Source of the DNA: Parcubacteria group bacterium GW2011_GWA2_38_13b
GTDB lineage: Bacteria > Patescibacteriota > Minisyncoccia > GWA2-38-13b
Direction of reading: 5' to 3'
DNA: 32,000 nucleotides
NCBI GenBank assembly: GCA_000992445.2
Contig: LBUF02000001.1
Location: forward strand, 94,393-126,392
A program made the position numbers and the translations under genes. The notes below the pieces were generated by a model. It saw only the letters and a program-made list of their open reading frames with translations. It made no database searches and was not told the DNA's origin. Below are positions 7,390 to 15,299 of this stretch, piece after piece. The number at the start of each line of letters is the position of its first letter. Position 1 is the stretch's first letter.

Positions 7390-8228
7390 AATATCGTCTC
7401 CGCGTATCTTACGCTATGACATTGTAAATTTACCGCAACCGGCAAACTGGCAATATGGCACGGCTCCATTTCAATATAAACAGCGAGCGCCGTTACGCTT
7501 CCACCCAATCCTTGCGGCCCAATGCCTAAACCGTTTATTTTTCCTAAAAGTTCATTTTCAAATTCCGCCATTTCCTTATCGCTGTTAACACCGGCTCTCA
7601 AAAGAGCTTTCTTTGCCAAAAACATTGCCCGTTCTGCCGTTCCTCCGCCTATGCCAATACCGACAATAACCGGAGGGCAGGGATTGCTTCCTGCGTCGCT
7701 GACGCTTTTTACGACAAAATTCGCAATACCTTCTTTGCCGTCCGACGGTTTCAACATCGCCAATTTTGCCATATTTTCGGCGCCGCCGCCTTTCGACATA
7801 ACCACTATCCTTAAATTATTTCCGGGCACTATCTCAAAATGTATTACTGCCGGAGTATTATTGCCCGTATTTTTTCTTGTCAACGGATGGCATATTGATT
7901 TGCGCAAAAAACCTTCCTTATAACCATTAACCACTCCTTGATTTATGGCATCGCGCAAATCTCCGCCTTTTATTACAACGTTCTGTCCCAATTCAACAAA
8001 AACAACCGCTGCCCCGCAATCCTGGCAAAGGGGAAATCGGCCGCCACAAGCAACATCGGCGTTGTCCAAAATATTTTTTAATATTTCTTTTCCCTGCGAA
8101 GAAACTTCTTTCTCGCAAGCTTCTTCCAGTAAATCCGTTATATTGTCCGGCAAATAATAATTTGCGTCATTGCAAAGCCATTTAATATGATAAATGATCT
8201 GGCGAACAGTTATTTTTTTCCTTCTCAT
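7386..8228 (-). CDS. fumA: Class I (Fe-S) fumarate hydratase, alpha subunit
   Basis: It has the PLCQDCGAAVVFVELGQ (CQDxG) motif and GIGIGGTAE. The start is reassigned to ATG 8228 (MRRKKITV). That ATG has GGAGGAGG upstream and overlaps the sdhB TGA (ATGA at 8225-8228). Confidence 0.8.
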   Translation of the reverse strand: MRRKKITVRQIIYHIKWLCNDANYYLPDNITDLLEEACEKEVSSQGKEILKNILDNADVACGGRFPLCQDCGAAVVFVELGQNVVIKGGDLRDAINQGVVNGYKEGFLRKSICHPLTRKNTGNNTPAVIHFEIVPGNNLRIVVMSKGGGAENMAKLAMLKPSDGKEGIANFVVKSVSDAGSNPCPPVIVGIGIGGGTAERAMFLAKKALLRAGVNSDKEMAEFENELLGKINGLGIGPQGLGGSVTALAVYIEMEPCHIASLPVAVNLQCHSVRYAETIL

Positions 8229-8980
8229 TTCCTCCTCCAAAACTTTGCCAATCCCAACCATTCTTTAAACAATATCTTCAATGTTTCTTTTCTTGCTAAT
8301 GCCAATTGTCGGCCAAGCGGGATTTCTTTGGGACAAAAATTATCGCATGCTTCAATGGCATGGCAGCCCCACAGGCCGTCATCGGAAGATAAAATATTAA
8401 TTAATTTTTGACGGGCTCCCAAATCTTCGTTTCGCGGATCCTGTAAAAATCTGTGTGCCGTAATACAACCGCTCGCGCCGATGAATTTTCCGAAACTTGC
8501 CGCGGCGCAAGCGGAAACGCAAATTCCGCACTTAACGCACCGTTCGTTTTCGTAAAGAGCATCGGCCAATTCCGGAACCATCAAATCTTCTTTTTCCGGA
8601 TTAAATTCTTTTTGGCGATGAACCCACGCTTCCATTTTTTGTTCAAGCCGGTTAAAAAATTCCGATTTATCCACCGCCAAATCTTTAACAATGGGAAAAA
8701 AATCCAGCGGTTCCAAAACAATTTCATACGGCAAATCCGCTGTCTGCGTCTTACATGCCAATTTCGGCCGGCCATTTATTTTTATGGCGCAAATGCCGCA
8801 ATTGGCGCAACCGCACTGACCATCATAATAAATACTTGAATCCTGACCGGTTTGTATTTCATCCAAAAGCGCCAAAACGCTCATTCCTCTTTGTTCATCA
8901 ACAATGAAATCATTAAAATATTCTCTTCTTATTCGTCCGCTGATTCGCTTTATTTTCACAATTAATTTTCTATCGTTCAT
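8225..8980 (-). CDS. sdhB: Succinate dehydrogenase / fumarate reductase iron-sulfur subunit
   Basis: Three Cys clusters are present: CGCANCGICAIKINGRPKLAC (2Fe-2S), CVKCGICVSAC, and CHAIEACDNFCPKEI. There is an ATGA overlap with sdhA at 8977-8980. Confidence 0.85.
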   Translation of the reverse strand: MNDRKLIVKIKRISGRIRREYFNDFIVDEQRGMSVLALLDEIQTGQDSSIYYDGQCGCANCGICAIKINGRPKLACKTQTADLPYEIVLEPLDFFPIVKDLAVDKSEFFNRLEQKMEAWVHRQKEFNPEKEDLMVPELADALYENERCVKCGICVSACAAASFGKFIGASGCITAHRFLQDPRNEDLGARQKLINILSSDDGLWGCHAIEACDNFCPKEIPLGRQLALARKETLKILFKEWLGLAKFWRRK

Positions 8981-10719
8981 TTTTTCTCTCCATATCCGCG
9001 ATCCCCAGGCGGAAGCAATGTGATTTTTACCGGTTCATAATTTATCTCCGGCTCTTGTACGCCAATCGGGAAAGAAGCCAATGTCCGTTTCAGCCAATTT
9101 TTATCGTCTCTTTTGGGAAAATCGTCTCGCCAATGGCTTCCCCGGCTTTCTGTCCGCAAAAGAGCCGATTTCATAACGCAAAGCGCTATTTTTGCCATTC
9201 CAGAAAAACGCAAAGCCAGCTGAAGCTCTAAATTCAAGGCAATTTCCTTGCAATCAATCTTAACATTCGCCGTTTTCTCAAAAATTTTATTTAAAGCCGC
9301 GAGTCCGATTTCTATATCCTGCCCGTTTCTAAAAATTCCGGCATTCTGCGACATAATTCCCCGCATTTCCGAAAATAAACGATAAACATTTTCACCGTCT
9401 TTTTTTCCCAATATATTTTTAATCCTTGTTTCCTGCCGTTTAATTTCGTCTTCAACCAAACCGTCTTTGCAAATTTGAATTTTATCTTTTGCTAAATTTT
9501 CTAAAATCTTTTGTCCGGCAATATATCCCGAAGCAACCGTTTCCAATAAACTGTTTCCGCCAAGACGGTTCGCTCCGTGCAAATCCCAGCAAGCGCATTC
9601 GCCTATGGCGTACAATCCTTGAATTCCATACGCTTCACAACGCTTATTTGTTTTTACGCCAAACATCGTGTAATGTTGCGCCGGACGCACCGGAATATAT
9701 TCTTTGGTCGGATCAACGCCGATAAAATTCCGGCATAAAAAATAAACATCTCTCAATTTAGTAGCCACATGCTCATATCCTAATCTCTTTATATCCAGCC
9801 ACAAATGCGTAGTACTGAAACCTTCGATACCGCGACCAGCAACGATTTCCCGCATCATTGAACGCGACACAACATCGCGCGAAGCCAAATTTCCTTTCAT
9901 TGAACTATAATCCCACATAAATTCCTTTTCTTCGCTATTTAATAACACCCCGCCATCGCCTCGACAACCTTCGGTTGCCAAAATATAACGCGGGGGCATA
10001 GGTGTCGGATGAAATTGGACAAATTCCGGATTACCAATTTGCGCTAAACCCGTTTCCAAAGCAATCGTCATACCATCGCCAAAACAAGTTCTGGCGTTGG
10101 TAGTTTCCTTATACAAAAGTCCAGCGCCGCCCGTCGCCAAAATAACGGCATTTCCCAAAAACGCTTCAATTTCTCCGTTAACCAAATTAAGTGTCGTGAC
10201 GCCGACAACTTTAACGCCGTCTAAAATCAAAGAAAGCGCTTGCCGCCTTGAAAAAACCGGAATATTAAGGCAGGTCGCTCGCGATTCAATTAAATTCATC
10301 AGAACATGGCCCGTCCCGTCGGATGCGAAAACGCATCTCGGATAAGTGGCTCCGCCAAACTGCCGTTGATTTATCAACCCCTTGTCGGTCCGGCTAAAAA
10401 CCGCTCCCCAATAATCCATTTCACGAATAAGAAAAGGCGCTAATTTGACAACTTCTTCAACGATATCCTGATCAGCCAACCAATCAGAGCCCTTAATAGT
10501 ATCATAGGCATGGACGCGCCAATCATCCCCGATACTTTCAGTAGTATTGGCAAGTGACGCCTGAATGCCTCCTTGAGCCGCGTTGGAATGCGATCTTATC
10601 AACTTATCCAACAATGTCAGGAGGCAAATCTTATAACCCTTGGATGCAATTTCAACCGCCGCTCTAACGCCGGCAAGGCCGCCCCCGACAATAATAGAAT
10701 CAAATTTATAAATTTTCAT
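8977..10719 (-). CDS. sdhA: Succinate dehydrogenase / fumarate reductase flavoprotein subunit
   Basis: 580 aa. It has the FAD fold IVGGGLAGVRAA, HSNAAQGGI (covalent-FAD His context), HPT, RGDGG, ANRLGGNSL and ESRGSHWR. A GGAGG SD is present. Confidence 0.92.
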   Translation of the reverse strand: MKIYKFDSIIVGGGLAGVRAAVEIASKGYKICLLTLLDKLIRSHSNAAQGGIQASLANTTESIGDDWRVHAYDTIKGSDWLADQDIVEEVVKLAPFLIREMDYWGAVFSRTDKGLINQRQFGGATYPRCVFASDGTGHVLMNLIESRATCLNIPVFSRRQALSLILDGVKVVGVTTLNLVNGEIEAFLGNAVILATGGAGLLYKETTNARTCFGDGMTIALETGLAQIGNPEFVQFHPTPMPPRYILATEGCRGDGGVLLNSEEKEFMWDYSSMKGNLASRDVVSRSMMREIVAGRGIEGFSTTHLWLDIKRLGYEHVATKLRDVYFLCRNFIGVDPTKEYIPVRPAQHYTMFGVKTNKRCEAYGIQGLYAIGECACWDLHGANRLGGNSLLETVASGYIAGQKILENLAKDKIQICKDGLVEDEIKRQETRIKNILGKKDGENVYRLFSEMRGIMSQNAGIFRNGQDIEIGLAALNKIFEKTANVKIDCKEIALNLELQLALRFSGMAKIALCVMKSALLRTESRGSHWRDDFPKRDDKNWLKRTLASFPIGVQEPEINYEPVKITLLPPGDRGYGEKK

Positions 10720-10739
10720 TATTTATTTCCTCCATCGCG

Positions 10740-11387
10740 TTACGCCCAAAAAAGCAAAAAGAGGTTTAAAATCCCGAAGAACAAAACATTCGCGCCGATT
10801 GCGATTAAAATAAAATTTACAATCCCGCGCTTTCTTAATAAAATACCATATTTTATTAGAATGCTTCTGATCCCGCATAAAGAATGGATAAACGCAAAAA
10901 TTAACAAAGCGATTAATGATCCGAAATAAAAACCATCCTGCAAATGCTTCGCGGCCATTGCCGCCGTAGTGACATTATGTCCCCAATAAGCGATGTACAA
11001 ATGAATAATCCCTAACGCAAAGATACAAACTCCCGACAAAAAATGAACATACCACAGCCATGAACCGCGATAATTCATATCTGCCAAATATTTATACACT
11101 TTTAGCGTTTTTAAAAAATAACCCCAAATGATTTTGAAACCGTTTGCGGCATGCGCCAAAAATATTCCAAAAATCAGAAACACGGCGGCTTTGATAAAAA
11201 AATTATTCTTATCAAGATGCGCCGTGTACCAATTAAACCACCTTGAACCACCCCAAACAGTTGATACGCCTAAAAAATGGACAAATAAAAAACTCGTAAG
11301 AAATAAACCCGTAATTGTCTGCAAAAAATATAAAACCGTTTGCCAACGCACTTTCCCGCTCAAAATCAAATATCCTTCCTTTTTCAT
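10740..11387 (-). CDS. sdhC: Succinate dehydrogenase / fumarate reductase membrane anchor, single five-TM cytochrome b type
   Basis: 215 aa with about five hydrophobic helices and conserved-looking His residues (FLAHAANG, YVHFLSG, IHLYIAYWGH, FIHSLCG). It is the first gene of the operon and has an AAGGAGG SD. Confidence 0.65.
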   Translation of the reverse strand: MKKEGYLILSGKVRWQTVLYFLQTITGLFLTSFLFVHFLGVSTVWGGSRWFNWYTAHLDKNNFFIKAAVFLIFGIFLAHAANGFKIIWGYFLKTLKVYKYLADMNYRGSWLWYVHFLSGVCIFALGIIHLYIAYWGHNVTTAAMAAKHLQDGFYFGSLIALLIFAFIHSLCGIRSILIKYGILLRKRGIVNFILIAIGANVLFFGILNLFLLFWA

Positions 11388-11437
11388 AACAATCCTCCTT
11401 ACTTTTTAATTTAATTGTCAAGTAACCTGTCTAATCA

Positions 11438-11465
11438 ATATTAATCTTCAAGCAGCAAAAGTCAA
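11438..11465 (-). promoter_or_regulatory. Promoter of the sdhCAB-fumAB operon
   Basis: On the minus strand: TTGACT (rc of 11460-11465), 16-nt spacer, TAATAT (rc of 11438-11443). Confidence 0.45.
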
Positions 11466-11529
11466 CTGTAAATTTGCAAATAAAAAAATACAAAGTGACG
11501 AGAATATTAACAAATATCAAAATTAAAGT

Positions 11530-11555
11530 CCCGCCCCGCAGTACTGCGGGGCGGG
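11530..11555 (-). terminator. GC-rich perfect-palindrome terminator after the regulator gene
   Basis: CCCGCCCCGCAGTACTGCGGGGCGGG is a perfect 26-nt palindrome. On the minus strand it is followed by the T-rich ACTTTAATTTTGAT. Confidence 0.7.
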
Positions 11556-11591
11556 GCACGCGTTTCTTAACAAATATTCTTTTAATAAATA

Positions 11592-12299
11592 CTAATCTCT
11601 TTCTCTTGAAATGGCGAGAATATTGATAATTTTCCCTTCCTCGTCTCTCATGGGCGAAAGAGATAAACTGCACTGATCCCGAGTTGACAAGCTTTTGACA
11701 TGCCTGATGTTAATGGTAACGGATTTCCCTTGAAGGCATTTTCCAAGCAATTTCAAGACATATTCTCTTTGCTCTTCAATAATGGAAGACAACCAATCCC
11801 ATCCAATCGCTTCTTTTTCCGTTTTAAATCCATGCTCTTCCATCCCGCCTTTGTTCAAATAAACGAGGCGTCCGTTAGTATCCAAAATTTTAACGCAATC
11901 AGGCGAAGAATCAAGAATAGCCCTGATGCCTTTCTTGTCTTTATAAAACTCTCTTTGCGTTTTTGCTTTATAAACCGCCCTATGAATTGACCGCAACCAC
12001 GGTAATGCCCTTTTTAACAACTGGACATTTCTTTCGGCGACATACAAAAGATTGACGGGATCTCCGGTGGAATAATATTTGCCTCTTTTCTTTTTTCGCG
12101 CCGTCACTAATTTTCTTTCAACCAAATATTCAACAACATTATAAACCGTTGTTCTTGGAAGACCTGTTTTTCGCGCGATATCAGTGACAGTCGCTTCGCC
12201 TAATTCCAAAACGGCGAACCATGTTTTGGCTTCATTGGCTTCTTTGCCCGTAAGCCCAAGTTTCATTAAAAAATTAAAAATAACGCTATTTATGCTCAT
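11592..12299 (-). CDS. TrmB-family winged-HTH transcriptional regulator fused to a PAS sensor domain
   Basis: The N-terminus has ELGEATVTDIARKTGLPRTTVYNVVEYLVERKLV (TrmB/MarR-like HTH). The C-terminal 110 aa are PAS-like (ILDSSPDCVKILDTNGRLVYLNKGGMEEHGF...). It is transcribed divergently from the hydrogenase operon. Confidence 0.75.
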   Translation of the reverse strand: MSINSVIFNFLMKLGLTGKEANEAKTWFAVLELGEATVTDIARKTGLPRTTVYNVVEYLVERKLVTARKKKRGKYYSTGDPVNLLYVAERNVQLLKRALPWLRSIHRAVYKAKTQREFYKDKKGIRAILDSSPDCVKILDTNGRLVYLNKGGMEEHGFKTEKEAIGWDWLSSIIEEQREYVLKLLGKCLQGKSVTINIRHVKSLSTRDQCSLSLSPMRDEEGKIINILAISRERD

Positions 12300-12448
12300 A
12301 ATATTAATTTACTGCTTTATTTTCGCATTAATTTTCGGTAGTTTTACCTATTTTAATGCAAAAAATTCGGCAGATTAAATAACTAATTACTTTACTATAA
12401 TATACTCCTTTTAACGAAAGTTGTCAATAAAATTTTAGTGGTAGAAAT

Positions 12449-12473
12449 AATGACGAAAAAATGGACATTTTTA
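12449..12473 (+). repeat. 25-nt box, copy A (AATGACGAAAAAATGGACATTTTTA)
   Basis: It matches copy B at 23 of 25 positions and lies exactly 90 bp upstream of it. Confidence 0.7.
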
Positions 12474-12538
12474 ACTTTAATTTAATGCACCGAAACACTA
12501 CTTTTATCTTAAACTGGACTTGTTTCACAAAAAATCAA

Positions 12539-12563
12539 AATGACGAAAAAGTTGACATTTTTA
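12539..12563 (+). repeat. 25-nt box, copy B (AATGACGAAAAAGTTGACATTTTTA), overlapping the -35 of the hydrogenase promoter
   Basis: See copy A. It contains the TTGACA at 12552-12557. Confidence 0.7.
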
Positions 12564-12579
12564 TAAAAAAGCCTACAAT
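12552..12579 (+). promoter_or_regulatory. Near-consensus promoter of the [NiFe] hydrogenase operon
   Basis: TTGACA (12552-12557), 16-nt spacer, TACAAT (12574-12579). It lies about 68 nt upstream of the ATG at 12647, which has a GGAGGAGG SD. Confidence 0.6.
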
Positions 12580-12646
12580 TACAACGATAAACTGTTATTT
12601 GAAAATTTAATTCTAGTTTAAATTTCAATGGGAGGAGGAAAAAAAT

Positions 12647-13678
12647 ATGCGTTTTGTATCCGTAAATAAGGAAAAGTTTTTTGAATTGGTAAATCTCCTC
12701 ATAAAACAGAAGAAAGAAAGAATTGTCGGGGTTGTCAAAAAAGACGACGATTATATTTTTAACGATTTGGAAAATGCCGTTGAATTATGTTTAGATTACG
12801 GCAAGCCAACGCTGCTCCCTCCGGGGAAAAAATACTTACTCCCCCGCAAAGAAACATTACTTAAATTTCAAAATGCATCAAGCGAAATCGTGAACGAAGC
12901 AAAACCGATAACGCTTATCGGCGTTCATCCTTACGACTTATGGGCAATAAAAGTTATGAACGCGGTGTTTCTGTCGGAACCGATTGATCGAAACTATGCC
13001 GAAAAAAGAAAAAACATGTTCATTATCGGCGTAGATTATCTAAATCCTCATCCGAATTCATTCTGCGCCAGTATCGGAACTTATGAAATACACGACGGAT
13101 TTGATCTATTACTTACCGACATAGGCAAAAAATATATTATAACCATTGATTCCGAAAAGGGCGAAAAATTCATTGATAAATATATTGAATTCACGAAAGA
13201 AGCGACCGCGATTGACCTGCTTTTTCTTGACAATGCCGTTAATAAAGCGAAAGAAAAATATAAACTCGCAATGCCGTTAAAAAAAGAAGAATTACCAAAA
13301 TTCCTTGAAGACAAATACGATAATCCTCTTTGGACGGAACTCGCAAAAAAATGTTTTTCTTGCGGCAAATGCAATTTGGTCTGCCCGACCTGCGTCTGTT
13401 TCAATATTGAAGACAAGGCGGAATTGAATCTGCAAGAAGGCGTCCGTGAACGAGAATGGCACGGTTGCGCGTTGAAAGAATTTGCCGAAGTGGCCATGGG
13501 ACACAATTTCAGGGGAAAAATCGAACAACGCCTGCGCCACAGAATATACAGAAAACTATCTTATACGGTATCGCGATACGGCATCTATGGCTGTGTCGGC
13601 TGCGGACGATGCATTAATTCCTGCAAAGCGGGAATAGCCAGTCCCGTAGAAATTATAAAAAAATTGAATAAAGAATAG
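12647..13678 (+). CDS. hyhB: Group 3b-type [NiFe] hydrogenase beta subunit (AsrA-like 4Fe-4S protein)
   Basis: It has the ferredoxin-type Cys motifs CFSCGKCNLVCPTCVC and CVGCGRCINSC. It is the first gene in the beta-gamma-small-large order known from Pyrococcus sulfhydrogenase. Confidence 0.8.
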   Translation: MRFVSVNKEKFFELVNLLIKQKKERIVGVVKKDDDYIFNDLENAVELCLDYGKPTLLPPGKKYLLPRKETLLKFQNASSEIVNEAKPITLIGVHPYDLWAIKVMNAVFLSEPIDRNYAEKRKNMFIIGVDYLNPHPNSFCASIGTYEIHDGFDLLLTDIGKKYIITIDSEKGEKFIDKYIEFTKEATAIDLLFLDNAVNKAKEKYKLAMPLKKEELPKFLEDKYDNPLWTELAKKCFSCGKCNLVCPTCVCFNIEDKAELNLQEGVREREWHGCALKEFAEVAMGHNFRGKIEQRLRHRIYRKLSYTVSRYGIYGCVGCGRCINSCKAGIASPVEIIKKLNKE

Positions 13679-13687
13679 GGGGAAGGA

Positions 13688-14527
13688 ATGAATAACGAAA
13701 AAAACTATATGGAACCGGAACCGGCGAAAATACTTAAAATACTTTCTTTGGGAGAATATGAAAAACTTTTCCGGCTAGAATTAAAATCCGAAAAAAAATT
13801 AGGACATAAGCCGCTCCAATTCGTAAAAGTTTCAATACCGCTTATCGGCGAAGCGCCGATAAGCGTCTGTAATTGGCAAGAAGAATTTTTTGAAATAGCG
13901 GTTCGCAAGGTTGGCGATGTAACGAATAAAATTCACACTATGGAAACGGGGGAAACAATCGGAATAACAGGCCCGTTGGGAAATGGATTTCCGATTGACG
14001 AAATGCGCGGCAAAGATTTGCTTGTTATTGCCGGCGGAATAGGATTATTTCCGGCTCGTTCGCTAATACACTACTCTCTCGCCAATCACGATAACTTCGG
14101 CAGAATTATTATTCTTTTTGGAACAAAATCTTTTGATGAAAGATATTTCCCGGAAGAATTATTAAACTGGCAATACAGAGGCGATCTGGAATTACACCAA
14201 GCACTGGATAAAGGCGATGCGCGCTGGGGCGGACATATAGGACTTATTACTACGCTCATTCCGCCAGTTCAAATTAACGCTGAAAATACTTGCGCCGTGA
14301 TTGTAGGACCCCCAATTATGTACAGATTCGTCATACCCGAACTCCGCAAAAAAAATATTCCCGACACGCAAATTCTTATGTCTTTTGAAAGACGAATGGA
14401 ATGCGGCGCGGGAAAATGCGGCCGTTGCCAAATTAACGGTCCGAAAACAACTTGGTATACTTGTAAAGATGGCCCGGTTATCAGTTATGCCGATGTACTG
14501 CGGCTTAAACTAAAGGAGGCGATTTAA
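13688..14527 (+). CDS. hyhG: Group 3b-type [NiFe] hydrogenase gamma subunit (FAD/NAD(P)-binding, 2Fe-2S; AsrB/PyrK-like)
   Basis: It has a flavoprotein-reductase fold (LLVIAGGIGLFP) and the C-terminal cluster motif CGAGKCGRCQ. A GGGGGAAGG SD is present. Confidence 0.8.
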   Translation: MNNEKNYMEPEPAKILKILSLGEYEKLFRLELKSEKKLGHKPLQFVKVSIPLIGEAPISVCNWQEEFFEIAVRKVGDVTNKIHTMETGETIGITGPLGNGFPIDEMRGKDLLVIAGGIGLFPARSLIHYSLANHDNFGRIIILFGTKSFDERYFPEELLNWQYRGDLELHQALDKGDARWGGHIGLITTLIPPVQINAENTCAVIVGPPIMYRFVIPELRKKNIPDTQILMSFERRMECGAGKCGRCQINGPKTTWYTCKDGPVISYADVLRLKLKEAI

Positions 14528-14528
14528 T

Positions 14529-15299
14529 ATGGCAAAACCGAAAGTGGCGATATTCAGTATGGCCTGCTGCGCCGGATGCGCCCTGCAAATCGTAAATCTT
14601 GAAGAAAAAATTCTTGACTTGGTTGGAGCCATTGATGTGGTGGAATGGCAGGAAGGATTAAGCGAAAAATCCGGCGGCAATTACGATATTGCCATTATTG
14701 AAGGCAGTATCGTTACGGAAAAAGAAGCCGAAGAATTGCGAAAAATCCGCCAAACGGCAAAAATTGTAATCGCTATCGGCGCTTGCGCCCATACGGGAGG
14801 AATAAACTGCTTGGGCAACCATATGAGCGTTGAAGAAAAAAAATCAATAGTTTACGACGGCGATGCCGGAAAAATAGACGGTTTAAAAGACGCGATTCAG
14901 CCACGACCGCTTAACGCAATAATAAAGGTTGATGCCGTTGTGCCGGGTTGCCCGATAAACAAAAATGAATTGGTTGAAGCGGTAAAATGCCTGCTACTGG
15001 GGAAAAAATTCCGTCTGCCGGATTATCCGGTTTGTTTTGAATGCGCGCTCAAAGAAAACGGCTGTTTATTTGATTTGGACATTATTTGCCTGGGACCGAT
15101 AACCCGCGCCGGCTGTGAAGCGGCTTGTCCATCAATAAATAAAGAATGCAATGGTTGCCGAGGATGGGTTGACGACCCGAATCAAAACGCGGCAAAAGAT
15201 ATTCTGGAAAAATACGGATTAAGCATTGAAGACATCAAAAAAAGATTTGAAATATTCAATGCTTACAAAACCGAGATAATGGAGAAAAAAAATGCATAA
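14529..15299 (+). CDS. hyhS: [NiFe] hydrogenase small (delta) subunit, group 3 type
   Basis: The N-terminus is FSMACCAGC, followed by IGACAHTGG, VPGCP and a C-terminal Cys-rich cluster. An AAGGAGG SD is present. Confidence 0.82.
   Translation: MAKPKVAIFSMACCAGCALQIVNLEEKILDLVGAIDVVEWQEGLSEKSGGNYDIAIIEGSIVTEKEAEELRKIRQTAKIVIAIGACAHTGGINCLGNHMSVEEKKSIVYDGDAGKIDGLKDAIQPRPLNAIIKVDAVVPGCPINKNELVEAVKCLLLGKKFRLPDYPVCFECALKENGCLFDLDIICLGPITRAGCEAACPSINKECNGCRGWVDDPNQNAAKDILEKYGLSIEDIKKRFEIFNAYKTEIMEKKNA

Noticed and set aside
7522-7923. 133-aa plus-strand ORF antisense to fumA, plus similar antisense or shadow ORFs at 1406-1624, 3257-3556, 3626-3871, 8453-8839, 9489-9725, 10097-10345, 10573-10929, 11128-11409, 13081-13540, 15256-15567, 16424-16735, 17121-17601, 19044-19362, 19630-19920, 20978-21648, 22593-23010, 26084-26969, 28453-29106, 29332-29724, 29848-30186, 30734-30943 and 31619-31840
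   Set aside because: Each lies inside a longer ORF on the opposite strand or in another frame, and that longer ORF has clear family motifs. These shadow ORFs lack SDs and show compositionally biased, Pro/Ser/Arg-rich or low-complexity translations typical of shadow frames.
8229-8261. Eleven-codon 5' extension of fumA that overlaps sdhB
   Set aside because: ATG 8228 has a GGAGGAGG SD and forms an ATGA overlap with the sdhB stop. This matches the coupling seen at the other two junctions in the operon.
11431-11673. 80-aa minus-strand ORF spanning the regulator/sdh intergenic region
   Set aside because: It runs across the 26-nt palindromic terminator and the sdh promoter and overlaps the end of the TrmB-PAS gene. 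It has low-complexity basic composition and no SD.
12450-12566. Mini-ORFs MTKKWTFLTLI and MTKKLTFL inside the two 25-nt boxes, considered as leader peptides
   Set aside because: They have no Shine-Dalgarno. The second contains the -35 box of the operon promoter, so it would not be on the hydrogenase transcript. The shared ATGACGAAAAA is better explained as a duplicated DNA-binding site.
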